Source of the DNA: Spirochaetia bacterium
Lineage (GTDB): Bacteria; Spirochaetota; Spirochaetia; SZUA-6; Bin103
Direction of reading: 5' to 3'
Length of the DNA stretch: 64,000 bases
Assembly: GCA_965203905.1 (NCBI GenBank)
Contig: CBDBDQ010000005.1
Location: 6,016,001 to 6,080,000 of the forward strand
Both the position numbers and the translations under genes were made by a program. Position 1 is the stretch's first letter; the number at the start of each line of letters is the position of its first letter. The notes beneath the pieces are model-generated. The model was not told where the DNA came from. It ran no database searches and saw only the letters and a list, made by a program, of their open reading frames with translations. This document shows, piece by piece, positions 19,442 to 30,317 of this stretch.

Positions 19442-19496
19442 TGTTTCACTAATATGCTTGTTTTCCATGAAGCGAAACATTATGTTTGGTGAAACA
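19442..19496 (+). promoter_or_regulatory. Imperfect 23-bp inverted repeat pair, probable AbiEi autoregulatory operator
   Basis: TGTTTCAC...TGTTTT (19442-19464) versus GAAACA...GTGAAACA (19474-19496). Confidence 0.6.
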
Positions 19497-19518
19497 AGAT
19501 TCAATCAAGGGGAGATCC

Positions 19519-20598
19519 ATGGCTCTAAGGGACAAACAGCCACCGACAGGGACTCGAGTGGCGCATCACGTTGAACGCGCTCTGGCAGAACGGATACCGT
19601 CTGGCTGGGCACTTCATACGCGAACGGAAGTGCCTGCCGGTCGTTACCACGTGGATCTGCTCGCCGAGATCGCGTCACCCGCAGGCGCGACCGCAGTCCT
19701 TGCCGTCGAGATCAAACGCACTCTGGAGCCACGAGGCGTCCTCCAGGCGGTTGAACAGATCTCCAAGATCACCGCCGGTGCGTTGCCTCAGGCGGTGCCT
19801 GTAGTGGCGTCGTCCTACCTCTCCCCGCGCGCCCGTGCCCTCCTTAGCGACTGCGGTGTCAGCTACATCGACACCACGGGCAATGTTCGTATCGAAGTCT
19901 CTACGCCGGGACTGTTCATTTCTGCCGCGGGAGTCGATCGTGATCCCTGGCCAAGGGATCATAAGCTCCAGTCTCTGCGAGGCCGGGGTGCAGCACGTGC
20001 CGTGAGGGCCGTCATCGACACATACCCCCCGTACGGTGTCCGCGAGCTGGCCCAGTCGACCCACGTGTCGGCTCCAACCTTGTCGCGCGTGTTGGACTTA
20101 CTTGAACGGGAAGCCATCGTGACCCGTATACGTGGAGCCGTGTCGGCCGTCGATTGGCAGGGTGCGATTCGGCGGTGGACTGAGGATTACGACCAAACGG
20201 AATCGAACACGTCCACACTGGCTCTCGAGCCTAGGGGGCTCCAGGCTCTGCAGAAAAAACTCCGCGCGACGAAGCTCGCGTACGTCGCCACGGGGGCGTT
20301 CGCCGCCCAGCGATTCGATCCCATCGCACCCGCACGACTCGCGGCCATCTACGTCTCTGACGCAATCGAGTTTATCGATCATATGGATCTCCGCGAGACC
20401 GAAGCCGGGGCAAACGTGCTAATTCTAGAGCCTCTCGATCCCGTCGTCTTCGATCGGGTGATCCATCGCGACGGCCTTCGTTGCGTCGCTCCCAGCCATC
20501 TTGCCGCAGACCTTCTGACTGGGCCAGGTCGGGAACCGTCGCAGGGTGAGGAAGTACTGAACTGGATGGAGAAGAACGAGCATGTCTGGCGATCCTGA
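19519..20598 (+). CDS. AbiEi-like type IV antitoxin / transcriptional regulator
   Basis: AVEIKR..., YLSPRAR, SYIDTTGN, HTH (VRELAQ...SAPTLSRVL), GANVLI, AADLLTGPGRE. Confidence 0.75.
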   Translation: MALRDKQPPTGTRVAHHVERALAERIPSGWALHTRTEVPAGRYHVDLLAEIASPAGATAVLAVEIKRTLEPRGVLQAVEQISKITAGALPQAVPVVASSYLSPRARALLSDCGVSYIDTTGNVRIEVSTPGLFISAAGVDRDPWPRDHKLQSLRGRGAARAVRAVIDTYPPYGVRELAQSTHVSAPTLSRVLDLLEREAIVTRIRGAVSAVDWQGAIRRWTEDYDQTESNTSTLALEPRGLQALQKKLRATKLAYVATGAFAAQRFDPIAPARLAAIYVSDAIEFIDHMDLRETEAGANVLILEPLDPVVFDRVIHRDGLRCVAPSHLAADLLTGPGREPSQGEEVLNWMEKNEHVWRS

Positions 20599-21429
20599 TC
20601 TGTACGTACGCGCCCGCACCGCGCTACTCGATGCCGCCGAGGCGCTGGCCGAACAGCTCGACGCCGTCGTGCTCGTCGGCGCTCAGGCCGTCTATTTGCA
20701 CACTGGCGATGCGGATTTCGCGACCGCCCCGTACACGACCGACGCTGACTTCTGCATAGCGCCAGCACATCTGAACAACACGCCGCTCCTGAACGAATTG
20801 CTATCGGCGCGCGGGTTCTCGCCCGGAGAGCATCCCGGTGCCTGGCTCAGCCCGGACCGGATTTCCGTCGACCTCATGGTCCCCGAAGCGCTCGCCGGAG
20901 CCGGTTCCGGAGGAGCCGCCTCGGGCCTCATGGCAACAGAGTCGCAAGGCGAACCAAGGGCCTCGAGGGAGCGCTCGTGGATCGCAAGCCCACGAAAACT
21001 ACTTCACTCACGCCAGGCGTCGAGCGATCAGTGACGATGCTCGTCGCTGGCGCGGCGGCCCTGCTCGTGTCCAAAGTCCACAAAGTCGATGAACGCACCA
21101 GTGCCGGTGCCCGAATCAGCGACAAGGACGCACTCGATATCATGCGTCTCCTCCAGGCCACTGACACAGTGGCCCTCGCGCAGGACTTAGTATCACTTAC
21201 GGCCCATGAGGATTGCGCCGAGGTTGCGGCCGAGGCCGTGTCCCAGCTCACGCCGTTGTTCGGTAGCCCAGTTGCGCCGGGCATAGAAATGGCGGTCCGT
21301 GCGGCTGGCCCCACCGTCGAACCGGACGAGGTTCGCGCTTCTTTCGCTGCACTCATTTCAGATCTCGTTGCCGAAGCCGATAGCCTGCGTGGCGACCGCC
21401 ACCAAGGAAGAACCAGGAATGCTCAATAG
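20582..21429 (+). CDS. Nucleotidyltransferase (AbiEii-like toxin), one frameshift near 20916
   Basis: LVGAQAVYL...TTDAD; frame-corrected ARLGPHG...KGLEGALVD; ALLVSK...KDALDI. Confidence 0.75.
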
Positions 21430-24394
21430 AGGATCTCAATGGAACCGATGGGACCCACATGTCCACACCCCTGGCACGTTACTTAACGACCAGTTCCGTG
21501 GCTCCGACCGCTGGATAAAATATTTCGACAACCTTGAAGGAAAAACCCCACCGATTCGTGCAGTTGGGATCACCGACTACTACTTGACCGAGAATTATGA
21601 GAGAGTCCTTGAATTCGAAGCGGCAGGACGCCTTCCTGGTGTCCAGCTCATCTTCCCCAACGTTGAGATGCGTCTCGATGCTGCGGCAAAGTCCGGATTC
21701 ATCAACATTCATCTCCTAGTCAGTCCCGAAGATCCAAACCATGTACAAGAACTCGTGCGAATTCTTTCACGGCTGACGTTTTCTGCATATGACGATCGCT
21801 TCATGTGTACACGGGACGAACTGATACGACTCGGGCGACGTGTGGAGCCAAGAATTGGAGATGAACACGCAGCACTTCGCGACGGTGTCACTCAATTCAA
21901 GGTGAACTTTGCACAGTTACGGGAAGTGATGCGTGAAAGTGATTGGGCGAAGCAGAACATCCTTGTAGCGGTTGCTGGAGGAGGTGGAGACGGAACGTCA
22001 GGGATGCGGGCTGGAGCGGATGCGACGCTACGGAAAGAAATTGAGAAGTTCTCCCACGTTATTCTCAGCGGTAACCCAGCGCAACGTGAGTTCTGGCTCG
22101 GCCATGGTAGCGCGTCCGAGGCGGAACTTCGAACGAACTACGGTGGACTGAAGCCGTGCCTTCACGGATCTGATGCTCACTCGATGTCTGACGTGGAAGA
22201 ACCAACAGAAGACCGCTTCTCTTGGATAAAAGGCGAGATCGACTTTGACTCTCTGCGGCAAGCCTGTATATATCCAGGCGGCCGCGTATATGTGGGCTCC
22301 AAACCACCCGTAACAACGATTCCGTCTCAGGTTATTTCCTCATTGGAAGTAGACGGTGCTGATTGGATTGGCACCAGCAAGATTCCTCTCAACCCGGGCC
22401 TTGTCGCCATCATCGGTGCGCGGGGTTCTGGTAAAACTGCACTTGCCGAGATGATCGCAACAGGCTGTGACGGCGTCCCTGAAGCCGTCTGGGCCACCGA
22501 GTCTACCCACAACTCCTCGTTCCTGACGCGTGCACGTAGCTATCTCGGTGGAGCAAAGGTTCGCCTAGTCTAGGGAGGTGGTGATGAGGTTACCCGACAC
22601 CTGGATGGCGCTGATTCTGACGGACCCACCTCATTCGCACGCGTTCGCTATCTGTCTCAGCAATTCGTGGAAGAACTGTGTTCCGCTCGCGGACCGACGG
22701 ATGGTCTCATCACAGAGATCGAGCGAGTAGTATTCGAAGCTCATCCCCATGAGGCACGAGACGGTGCATTAGACTTCGATGAGTTACGGGAACGACGCAC
22801 TCAGCGCTTTCGCCAAGGCCGCGCAAGGGAGGCTGAGGCGATTCTCCAGGTTTCTCGGCGTATTAGCGAGGAGTTTGAGAAAGAACGTCTCGTTGAACCA
22901 CTGGGGCGTCAAGTAGAGCAGAAAAAGAGGCAGATCGAAGGCTATAGGGCCGACCTCCGAAAGCTTGCCATTAAGGGCTCCGATAGTGTACTCAAACGCT
23001 ACCAACAGATACAGACGGCCGCCAACGCCGTACGTAAGAAGATCGACGGTTTCAAGGGACAGCGCCGCGCTTTCGAGGGCTTGCGAGACGAGGTAGTCAG
23101 TATGCGCGCCACCATTGCTCCGGAAATGCTTCGACAATCTCAGGCGCGCCATCAGGGCAGCGGGATGACGGATAAACATTGGGCCGAATTCCTGCTCGAT
23201 TACACGGGCCCGGTTGATACGAGCATTGTCAGTTACATCAATTGGGTAGACACGAAAATTGCGGAGCTGGAAGGTAGTCCCCCGCAGAGAGAACCGCAGG
23301 AATCACGCTATATACGAGACGACGAAGATCTTGATGACGTGAAGCTCGCTACCCTAAATGCCGAAATCGAACGGCTAGAGCGCCGATTGAATGCGGACAA
23401 GCTCGTTCGCGACAAGTACTTGGCGCTATCGCGGCGAATTGGTCGGGAGGAGAGCACGCTTCAGACGCTTCAAGTCCGACTAGAAGACGCAAGAGGTGCA
23501 GTCCAACGTCGACGTCAGTTGCAGAATGAGCGCGACGACGCCTATGAACGCGTGTTTGATGCGATTGTTTCGGAGCAGGAGGCACTCGAAGAACTCTATG
23601 CGCCACTTCAAGGACGTCTTGAGGCTGCTGGTGGGACGCTCAGGAAACTTCGGTTCTCGATCTCTCGGGTGGCAGACGCCACAAATTGGGCAGACTACGC
23701 TGAAGAGAATCTACTTGATCGTCGGTTGGAGGGTCCCTTTAGGGGTCGCGGTGCACTTGTGGAACGCGCGGAGCGAGAGTTGATGCCATGCTGGGAGAGT
23801 GGGAACGCCGCTTCAGTCAGGAAGGCAATGGGAGAGTTCATTTCGGCATATCAAGGCGATTTTCTCGTCCATGCTCCCGTACCTCGCGAGCAGCGTGAAG
23901 CCTTTCGAACATGGCTCGGGCGCTTCGCGGAGTGGATCTTCAATACAGATCATATAAGCGTGAGATACGGTATCACGTACGACGGTGTTGATATCGAGAA
24001 ACTTTCGCCAGGGACCCGTGGCATAGTTCTTCTGCTGTTGTACCTCGCTCTTGACGACGACGACGACCGCCCACTAATTATCGATCAGCCGGAGGAGAAT
24101 CTGGACCCACAGTCGGTATTCGCCGAACTTGTCCCAACCTTTATGGATGCGAAGGCGCGTCGGCAAGTCGTGATGGTGACGCACAATGCGAATCTCGTTA
24201 TCAATACGGATGCAGACCAGATCATCATTGCTGACGCGAATCCACGGCCAAACGGCGGGCTCCCTGTACTCACGTATCAGGCGGGTGGCCTAGACAACGC
24301 GGGGATTCGAAAGGTGGTCTGTGAGATTCTTGAGGGTGGGGAACTTGCGTTCCAAGAACGTACGCGGCGATTGCGGGTACGGTTAGAGCGCTAA
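21419..24394 (+). pseudogene. PHP phosphoesterase + ABC-type ATPase fusion (Ppl/TrlF-like), in-frame TAG at 22571-22573
   Basis: WDPHVHTP, GITDY, HGSDAH, Walker A GARGSGKT, LSPGTRG, IIDQPEENLD, VTHNANL; both halves in the same frame. Confidence 0.85.
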
Positions 24395-24919
24395 GCTAGT
24401 GCTAATAGTAGTGCTGTCCTGATACCAATGAGCGACCCTGGAATCTACTTTCGATGCGGTTACCCGTCGCCCCGCTTCGGTAGACACGACTGTTGGCACG
24501 AGTTGAGCATGCGCTGTGGCATTCTTCCCGAGATGTCTTGCGGGGTGTCAGACGGCAGAATTGATGTCGAATGAGCCCATTGCAAAACGCTGACACGTCG
24601 ATATGGGACGGGACGGAGATAGGCATGTTATTCGATAGGAGACGCGTCACGTAACGCAGCCTATCGGGGCGCAGTGATACTGCTTCAGTCCCGCAGCGTA
24701 CGGGACGACGTTGTTGAGATCGGCGATGGACAGTTTCAGTGTAGGAATCGACGATGTCGTTCTGCGACATACCGTGAACACGGGCCGCGAGTGTGCTCAA
24801 CACTGAGCCGCGCGCCCTCCAGGATTATGGCCTTCCGCCAAGAGTCTCTGGAGTCGCAACAAGACGGCGCACTGCCCCACTCCTCCAGAGAGGTTGCTAC
24901 GGCTCGGCGCCCGTGACCT

Positions 24920-26029
24920 TCAGTCCTGGGCGTTCCAGAAGGCGGTGATGAGGCGGTTGACGTCGGAGGCGCGTTCCATCTGCACCATGTGACCGGTGTT
25001 GTCGAAGATGTGCACCCGGTCCTGGTTCGGCAGCTCGCGGGCGTATCCGGCCGGGATGATGCGGTCGTCGGCGCCCCATATCACCAGGGTGGGAACCTCG
25101 GCGATGGTGCGACGCGCGTCGTCGGTCTGCGCGGAAGTATCGGTGAGCTGGTACGCCAGCGCCTCCAGGCACTCCTGGACACCGTCGAGCCGCTTGTACT
25201 TGAGAAGGTCCGCGACCAGTTGGCGGGTGACCAGAGCAGGGTCGGCGAAGAGCTGCCGCAGCAACGGTCTGAGCTCACGCCGGTTGCGGCTGCGGGCGAA
25301 GCCCTCCAGGTAGTCGGCATTGATCTCCGGGCCCAGGCCGGCACTCGCGAGCAGGGTCAGCGAGCGGACCAGTTGCGGGCTGGATTGCGCGAGGTGCAGG
25401 GCGATCGCCCCTCCCATCGAGTGGCCCACCCAGTCCGCCTCGGCCACGCCCAGCTCCTCCATCACGTTCTCCAGGACATGCACCATGCAGAGCAAGCTGC
25501 CGTTGGCAACTTTCTTGGTGGACAGCCCATGCCCCGGCAGGTCGAGCGCGATGACCGTGCGGTCGGCGATCAGCGCCGGCTGATTGAACAGCCAGTTGTT
25601 GAGATCACCGCCGAAGCCGTGCAGCAGGACCGCGGTTTTGTCGGCTGATCCCTGCCGCAGGTAGTTGATCGACAGCTCGCCGACCTGGACCGTCTCGGTC
25701 TCGTCAGCGCCCTCTTCGGCGCTCACTTCCGCGGGAACGAAGTTTTCCTGGAACTGCACAACGAAGGCGTCTATCTCCGTGTCCGACACCTCGGCGTCGC
25801 CGAGCACGCCCAGCAGCGCGCCTACCGGCAGGGTGTCGCCGGTCACGGCCACGGCGCGGCGCAGGGTGCCGGCAGCGGCAACCTCGACGGCACCGGCGAT
25901 CTTTTCCGTTTCGACCAGCACCACCTCGGTGCCGGACTCTACCGCTGCGCCCTCCGCCACCATCCAGTCACCCACCACTCCCTCGGTCATGCTCAGCCCC
26001 CACTTGGGCATGGTGATCGCCTTAATCAT
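24920..26029 (-). CDS. acoC: Acetoin dehydrogenase E2 component (lipoyl + alpha/beta hydrolase)
   Basis: MPKWGLSMTEG, ETEKI lipoyl site, HGFGGD, GHSMGG. Confidence 0.9.
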   Translation of the reverse strand: MIKAITMPKWGLSMTEGVVGDWMVAEGAAVESGTEVVLVETEKIAGAVEVAAAGTLRRAVAVTGDTLPVGALLGVLGDAEVSDTEIDAFVVQFQENFVPAEVSAEEGADETETVQVGELSINYLRQGSADKTAVLLHGFGGDLNNWLFNQPALIADRTVIALDLPGHGLSTKKVANGSLLCMVHVLENVMEELGVAEADWVGHSMGGAIALHLAQSSPQLVRSLTLLASAGLGPEINADYLEGFARSRNRRELRPLLRQLFADPALVTRQLVADLLKYKRLDGVQECLEALAYQLTDTSAQTDDARRTIAEVPTLVIWGADDRIIPAGYARELPNQDRVHIFDNTGHMVQMERASDVNRLITAFWNAQD

Positions 26030-27026
26030 CGACGGTCTCGCGCACGCAGGCGGCGATCTTCTCGGCCGAGGGGATGAAGTGCTTCTCCAGTTCCGGCGCG
26101 AACGGCACCGGGGTGTGCGGCGCCGTCACCATGCCGACCGGAGCCTTCAGGTCCCCGAATCCCTCGCGGGCCACGGATGCCGCTACGTCGGCGGCGATGC
26201 CGCAGCGTGGACTGGCCTCGTCCACCACTACCAGGTGGCCGCTGTTCTCCACGCTCTCGAGCACGGTGTCGGTGTCGATGGGAGACAGCGTGCGCAGGTC
26301 GATCACCTCGCATTCGAGCCCGGCCCCGGCCAGTTGCTCCGCCGCCTCGAGCGCCCGGTGCACCATCATCCCGTACCCGACGATCGTGCAGTCGTCCCCC
26401 TCGCGGACGATGTTCGCCTCGCCGAACGGGATCGCGTACAGCTCGTCGGGGACGTCGCCGGTGACGTCGTAGATCTTCTTGTGCTCGCAGAAGATCACCG
26501 GGTCGTTGTCGCGAATCGACTCGATCATCAGCCCCTTGGCGTCATATGGCGAAGAGGGGCACACCACCTTGATGCCGGGAACGTGGGTGAAGATGGAAGT
26601 CAGAGTCTGCGAATGCTGGGCGGCGGCGGAGAGTCCCGCGCCGTACATGGTGCGGATGACCACCGGTGTTTCCGCCTTGCCGCCGAACATGTAGCGGAAC
26701 TTGGCCGCCTGGTTGAAGATCTGATCGAAGCACACGCCCAGGAAATCGATGAACATCAACTCGGCGACCGGGCGCATGCCGCAGGTCGCCGCGCCGATGG
26801 CGGCGCCGACGAACGCGGCCTCGGACAGCGGCGTATCGAGTACCCGGTCGCCGTACTTCTTGTAGAGGCCCTTGTAGAGCCCCATGGCGCCGCCCCAGGC
26901 TTCGTCTTCACCCGGGCTGCCGGTGCCACCGGCAATATCCTCGCCCATCAGGATCACGCGGGAGTCCCGCTCCATCTCCTGGTCGAAGGCCTGGTTGATC
27001 GCCTCGCGAATCGATAGCTGTGCCAT
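26022..27026 (-). CDS. acoB: Acetoin dehydrogenase E1 beta
   Basis: DTPLSE, FDQIFNQAAKFRYMFGG, AAQHSQ. Confidence 0.92.
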   Translation of the reverse strand: MAQLSIREAINQAFDQEMERDSRVILMGEDIAGGTGSPGEDEAWGGAMGLYKGLYKKYGDRVLDTPLSEAAFVGAAIGAATCGMRPVAELMFIDFLGVCFDQIFNQAAKFRYMFGGKAETPVVIRTMYGAGLSAAAQHSQTLTSIFTHVPGIKVVCPSSPYDAKGLMIESIRDNDPVIFCEHKKIYDVTGDVPDELYAIPFGEANIVREGDDCTIVGYGMMVHRALEAAEQLAGAGLECEVIDLRTLSPIDTDTVLESVENSGHLVVVDEASPRCGIAADVAASVAREGFGDLKAPVGMVTAPHTPVPFAPELEKHFIPSAEKIAACVRETVDD

Positions 27027-27035
27027 GGTATCCCC

Positions 27036-28019
27036 CTAATAACTCACGTACACGTCGGTGAGGAGGTCTTCCGCAGTGGGATGCGGCGCCTCTCGCGCTT
27101 CGGTCACTGCCTGCTCGATCAACGCCCCAACCTCCCGGTCGACGCCCTCGAGATCGTCCTTCCCGAGCGTTCCCGCCTGCGTCACCTGCTGCACGAACTT
27201 TGTCAGGCAGTCGCGGTTGGCACGGATCTCCTCCACCTCTCCTGGCGCGCGGTAGGTCTGCGAATCGCCCTCGTAGTGGCCGTAGAAGCGGATCATGCTG
27301 CACTCCAGCAGCCCCGGACCGCCTCCCTCGCGGGCGCGCCCGATCATCGCGCCGGCGGCCTCGTGGACGGCGAAGAAGTCGGTGCCGTCCACCGTGACCC
27401 CCGGCATGCCGAACCCGGAAGCGCGGTCCACATAGCTGTCCACCGCCACGGCGTAGTCGCGCGACGTGGACTGGGCGTAGGCATTGTTCTCCACCACGAA
27501 GATGGCCGGGAGGTCCCACACCGCGGCCAGGTTGAGGCTCTCCAGGAAATTGCCCGCGTTGGAAGCGCCGTCGCCGATGAAACTGACGGCCACCCCACCG
27601 TTCTTCTTGTACTTGGATGCCAGTGCCGCTCCGCAGACCAACGGCGCGCCGGCGCCGAGGATGCCGTTGGCCCCCATCATGCCCAGGTCCAGGTCGGCGA
27701 TGTGCATGGAGCCGCCCTTGCCGTGGCAGGTGCCGGTAGCGCGCCCGTACAGCTCGGCGAACATGCCGCTGACGTCGACCCCCTTGGCGATGCAGTGGCC
27801 ATGCCCGCGATGGGTGCTGGCGATGTGGTCGTCCGGCCCCAGGTGCATCATGATGCCGGTGGCGGCGGCTTCCTCCCCGGCGTAGAGGTGGACGAAGCCG
27901 GGCAGGTCGCCGGTGGCGAACTCCACGTGCACCCGTTCCTCGAACTCCCGGATCGTCTTCATGGTCCGGTAGGCCCGGAGCAGCTCCTCCCGGCCCAGCG
28001 GAACGTTGTCGTTGCTCAT
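27036..28019 (-). CDS. acoA: Acetoin dehydrogenase E1 alpha
   Basis: PGFVHLYAGEEA, STHRGHGH, GKGGSMH, GDGA TPP motif. Confidence 0.92.
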   Translation of the reverse strand: MSNDNVPLGREELLRAYRTMKTIREFEERVHVEFATGDLPGFVHLYAGEEAAATGIMMHLGPDDHIASTHRGHGHCIAKGVDVSGMFAELYGRATGTCHGKGGSMHIADLDLGMMGANGILGAGAPLVCGAALASKYKKNGGVAVSFIGDGASNAGNFLESLNLAAVWDLPAIFVVENNAYAQSTSRDYAVAVDSYVDRASGFGMPGVTVDGTDFFAVHEAAGAMIGRAREGGGPGLLECSMIRFYGHYEGDSQTYRAPGEVEEIRANRDCLTKFVQQVTQAGTLGKDDLEGVDREVGALIEQAVTEAREAPHPTAEDLLTDVYVSY

Positions 28020-28141
28020 CGCTTCTCCCGTAACGGGTAGCGCATCACGCGCTCCCCTGTCGACTATATCCCATAAGGGTTGAGCGCGTGGACTAGCAGC
28101 CCGTGGCGGGCACCGGCCCTCGATGATACGATGTCGCCGCT

Positions 28142-29044
28142 ATGGTACACGGCGAGCCGACTGTTCTCAGAGACGGGCTGTTCTTTCCCGAGGGACCGCG
28201 CTGGCGGGGCGACCGGCTGTTCTTTTCCGACATCCTGGGCGGCACGGTGCACAGCCTCGCCCTGGACGGCACCCTGGAGACCATCGTCGCGGTAGCGGAG
28301 CTGCCCTCCGGGCTGGGCTGGGTGCCGGACGGCACGCTGCAGGTGGTCTCGGTGAACGACGGCAAGCTGCACGCCTGCCGTGACGGCAGGACCGCCGTGG
28401 TGGCCGACATGCAGCAGCGCAGCGGCTTCCCCTGCAACGACATGGTGGTGGACGCGGCGGGCCGGGCCTACGTCGGCAGCCCCGATACCGGGTTCGACGA
28501 GGAGCAGCTCCCGATGCCGGGCAACATGCCGCGCCTCAGCAGCATCGTGCTGGTGGAGCCGCCGGCCGCCGGCGCCGCCTGGGACGCGCCGCGCACGGCG
28601 CGCATCGTCGCCGACCGGGTGACCTTCCCCAACGGCATGGTGGTCACCCCCGACGGCGGCACCCTGATCGCGGCCGAGAGCTTCGCCGGCCGTCTGACCG
28701 CGTTCGACATCCAGGCCGACGGCTCGCTGGCGAACCGCCGGGTGTGGGCCGACCTCGGCGTGCCGCCGGACGGCATCACCCTGGACCGGGAGGGCTGCGT
28801 GTGGGTGGCGGTCCCTTACTACCGTTACGGCGAGAGCGGCGGCTACCTGCGGCTGGCCGAGGGCGGCGCATTGCGGGACCGCATCGACGTGAGCGGCTAC
28901 AGCGCCTACGCCTGTACCCTGGGCGGCGCGAACGGGACCACGCTGTTCCTGTGCGAATCGGCGGTGCTGGGGCTGCCGCGGCGGCCGGGCGACGGCCGCA
29001 TCCGCACCGTGGAGGTGGACGTGCCCGGGGTGGGCACCCCGTAG
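28142..29044 (+). CDS. SMP-30/gluconolactonase family protein
   Basis: FPEGPRW, CNDMVVD, FPNGM, PDGITLD. Confidence 0.9.
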   Translation: MVHGEPTVLRDGLFFPEGPRWRGDRLFFSDILGGTVHSLALDGTLETIVAVAELPSGLGWVPDGTLQVVSVNDGKLHACRDGRTAVVADMQQRSGFPCNDMVVDAAGRAYVGSPDTGFDEEQLPMPGNMPRLSSIVLVEPPAAGAAWDAPRTARIVADRVTFPNGMVVTPDGGTLIAAESFAGRLTAFDIQADGSLANRRVWADLGVPPDGITLDREGCVWVAVPYYRYGESGGYLRLAEGGALRDRIDVSGYSAYACTLGGANGTTLFLCESAVLGLPRRPGDGRIRTVEVDVPGVGTP

Positions 29045-29081
29045 CGGCGGCAGAGCCGCGGCGACGCAAGAGGAGGACACG

Positions 29082-30161
29082 ATGGCACGCTTGTTTGGAC
29101 GCGACTACACCCGGAGCGAGTTGCTGCGGATGGTGGGGGACATGAGCCAGGTGGCCGGCATCCGCCGCGCCGAGCTGGTGGAGGGCAACGAGCGCGGTGC
29201 CGGCCTGGTGGAGGTCAGCAACGCTTCCGGGCTCAGCTTCTCGGTGCTCCCCGGGCGCGCCCTGGACATCGCCAGTGCCTTCTACCGGGGCCGCTCGCTG
29301 TGCTTCCGCAGCGCCACCGGCGACGTCGGGCCGGCGTTCTTCGAGCCGCAGGGCTACGGCTGGATGCGCAGCTTCTACGGCGGCCTGCTGATCAGTTGCG
29401 GCATGACCTTCGTCGGCCACCCCGAGACCGATCCGGAGGAGGAGAACGAGGAGCTGGGCCTGCACGGCCGCCTCTCCGCCATTCCCGCCCGCGAGGTGAG
29501 CGCCGGGGGCAGCTGGGAGGGCGACGACTACCACCTGCGGGTCGCCGGCACCGTGCGCGAGGCGGTGGCCCTCGGCACCACGCTGGAGCTGCGGCGCGAG
29601 ATCATCACCACGCTCGGGGAACGCAGCATCCGCATCCACGACCGGGTGGAGAACCGGGGCGGCCTGCCCTCCCCGCTGATGTTCCTGTACCACACCAACC
29701 CCGGCTTCCCGTTGCTGGACGAGGGCACCCGCTTCCTGGTCAACAGCCGGCTCAGCACCGAGTGGCTGCAGGACCGCGAGGTGGGACCCGACGTGTACGA
29801 GCGGGCGGGCGCGCCACGGCCGGGCGCCGGCGACGACGTCTACGTGCACCGGCCGGTGCCGGCGGCGGACGGCAGCGTGACCGTGGCCCTGATCAACGAC
29901 GGGCTGGCCTTCGGCCTGCAGTGGCGCATGACGGCCGCCGAGCTGCCCATCGTCACCCAGTGGCAACACTTCGCCGACGCCGGCTACGTCACCGGCATCG
30001 AGCCGGGCAACTGCAGCCCCCTCGGCCGCGCCTGGAATCGCAAGCATGGCTCGCTGGAGTACCTGCAGCCGGGCGCCACGCGCGAGTTCCACCTGGAGCT
30101 CGCGGTGCTCGACGGCGCAAAGGAGATCACCGCCGCCGAACAACGGGTGCGCGCATCCTGA
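29082..30161 (+). CDS. Aldose 1-epimerase-like (DUF4432) protein
   Basis: GRALDI, GLHGR, LYHTNPGFPLL, YVTGIEP. Confidence 0.85.
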   Translation: MARLFGRDYTRSELLRMVGDMSQVAGIRRAELVEGNERGAGLVEVSNASGLSFSVLPGRALDIASAFYRGRSLCFRSATGDVGPAFFEPQGYGWMRSFYGGLLISCGMTFVGHPETDPEEENEELGLHGRLSAIPAREVSAGGSWEGDDYHLRVAGTVREAVALGTTLELRREIITTLGERSIRIHDRVENRGGLPSPLMFLYHTNPGFPLLDEGTRFLVNSRLSTEWLQDREVGPDVYERAGAPRPGAGDDVYVHRPVPAADGSVTVALINDGLAFGLQWRMTAAELPIVTQWQHFADAGYVTGIEPGNCSPLGRAWNRKHGSLEYLQPGATREFHLELAVLDGAKEITAAEQRVRAS

Positions 30162-30317
30162 TCTGCTCGTATTTTCTCGGCATTAGAGCAGTGGTCGCCA
30201 TGCAGGTTCCGCGTTATCTTAATACTTTACACGCTCGCCCACCGTCTGAGGCGTTTGAGGATTTTGTGGCCGTAAGCAAGGGACGAGTTAGCCGGAACAA
30301 TGAAAGGGCGATTACGT

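Noticed and set aside
22571-22573. Pyrrolysine or recoded TAG read-through
   Set aside because: TAG is a normal stop for many genes in the window and no pyl genes are seen; a Trp nonsense change is simpler
24402-24900. Short ORFs or ncRNA downstream of the PHP-ATPase
   Set aside because: No motifs, RBS or convincing structure recognisable by eye
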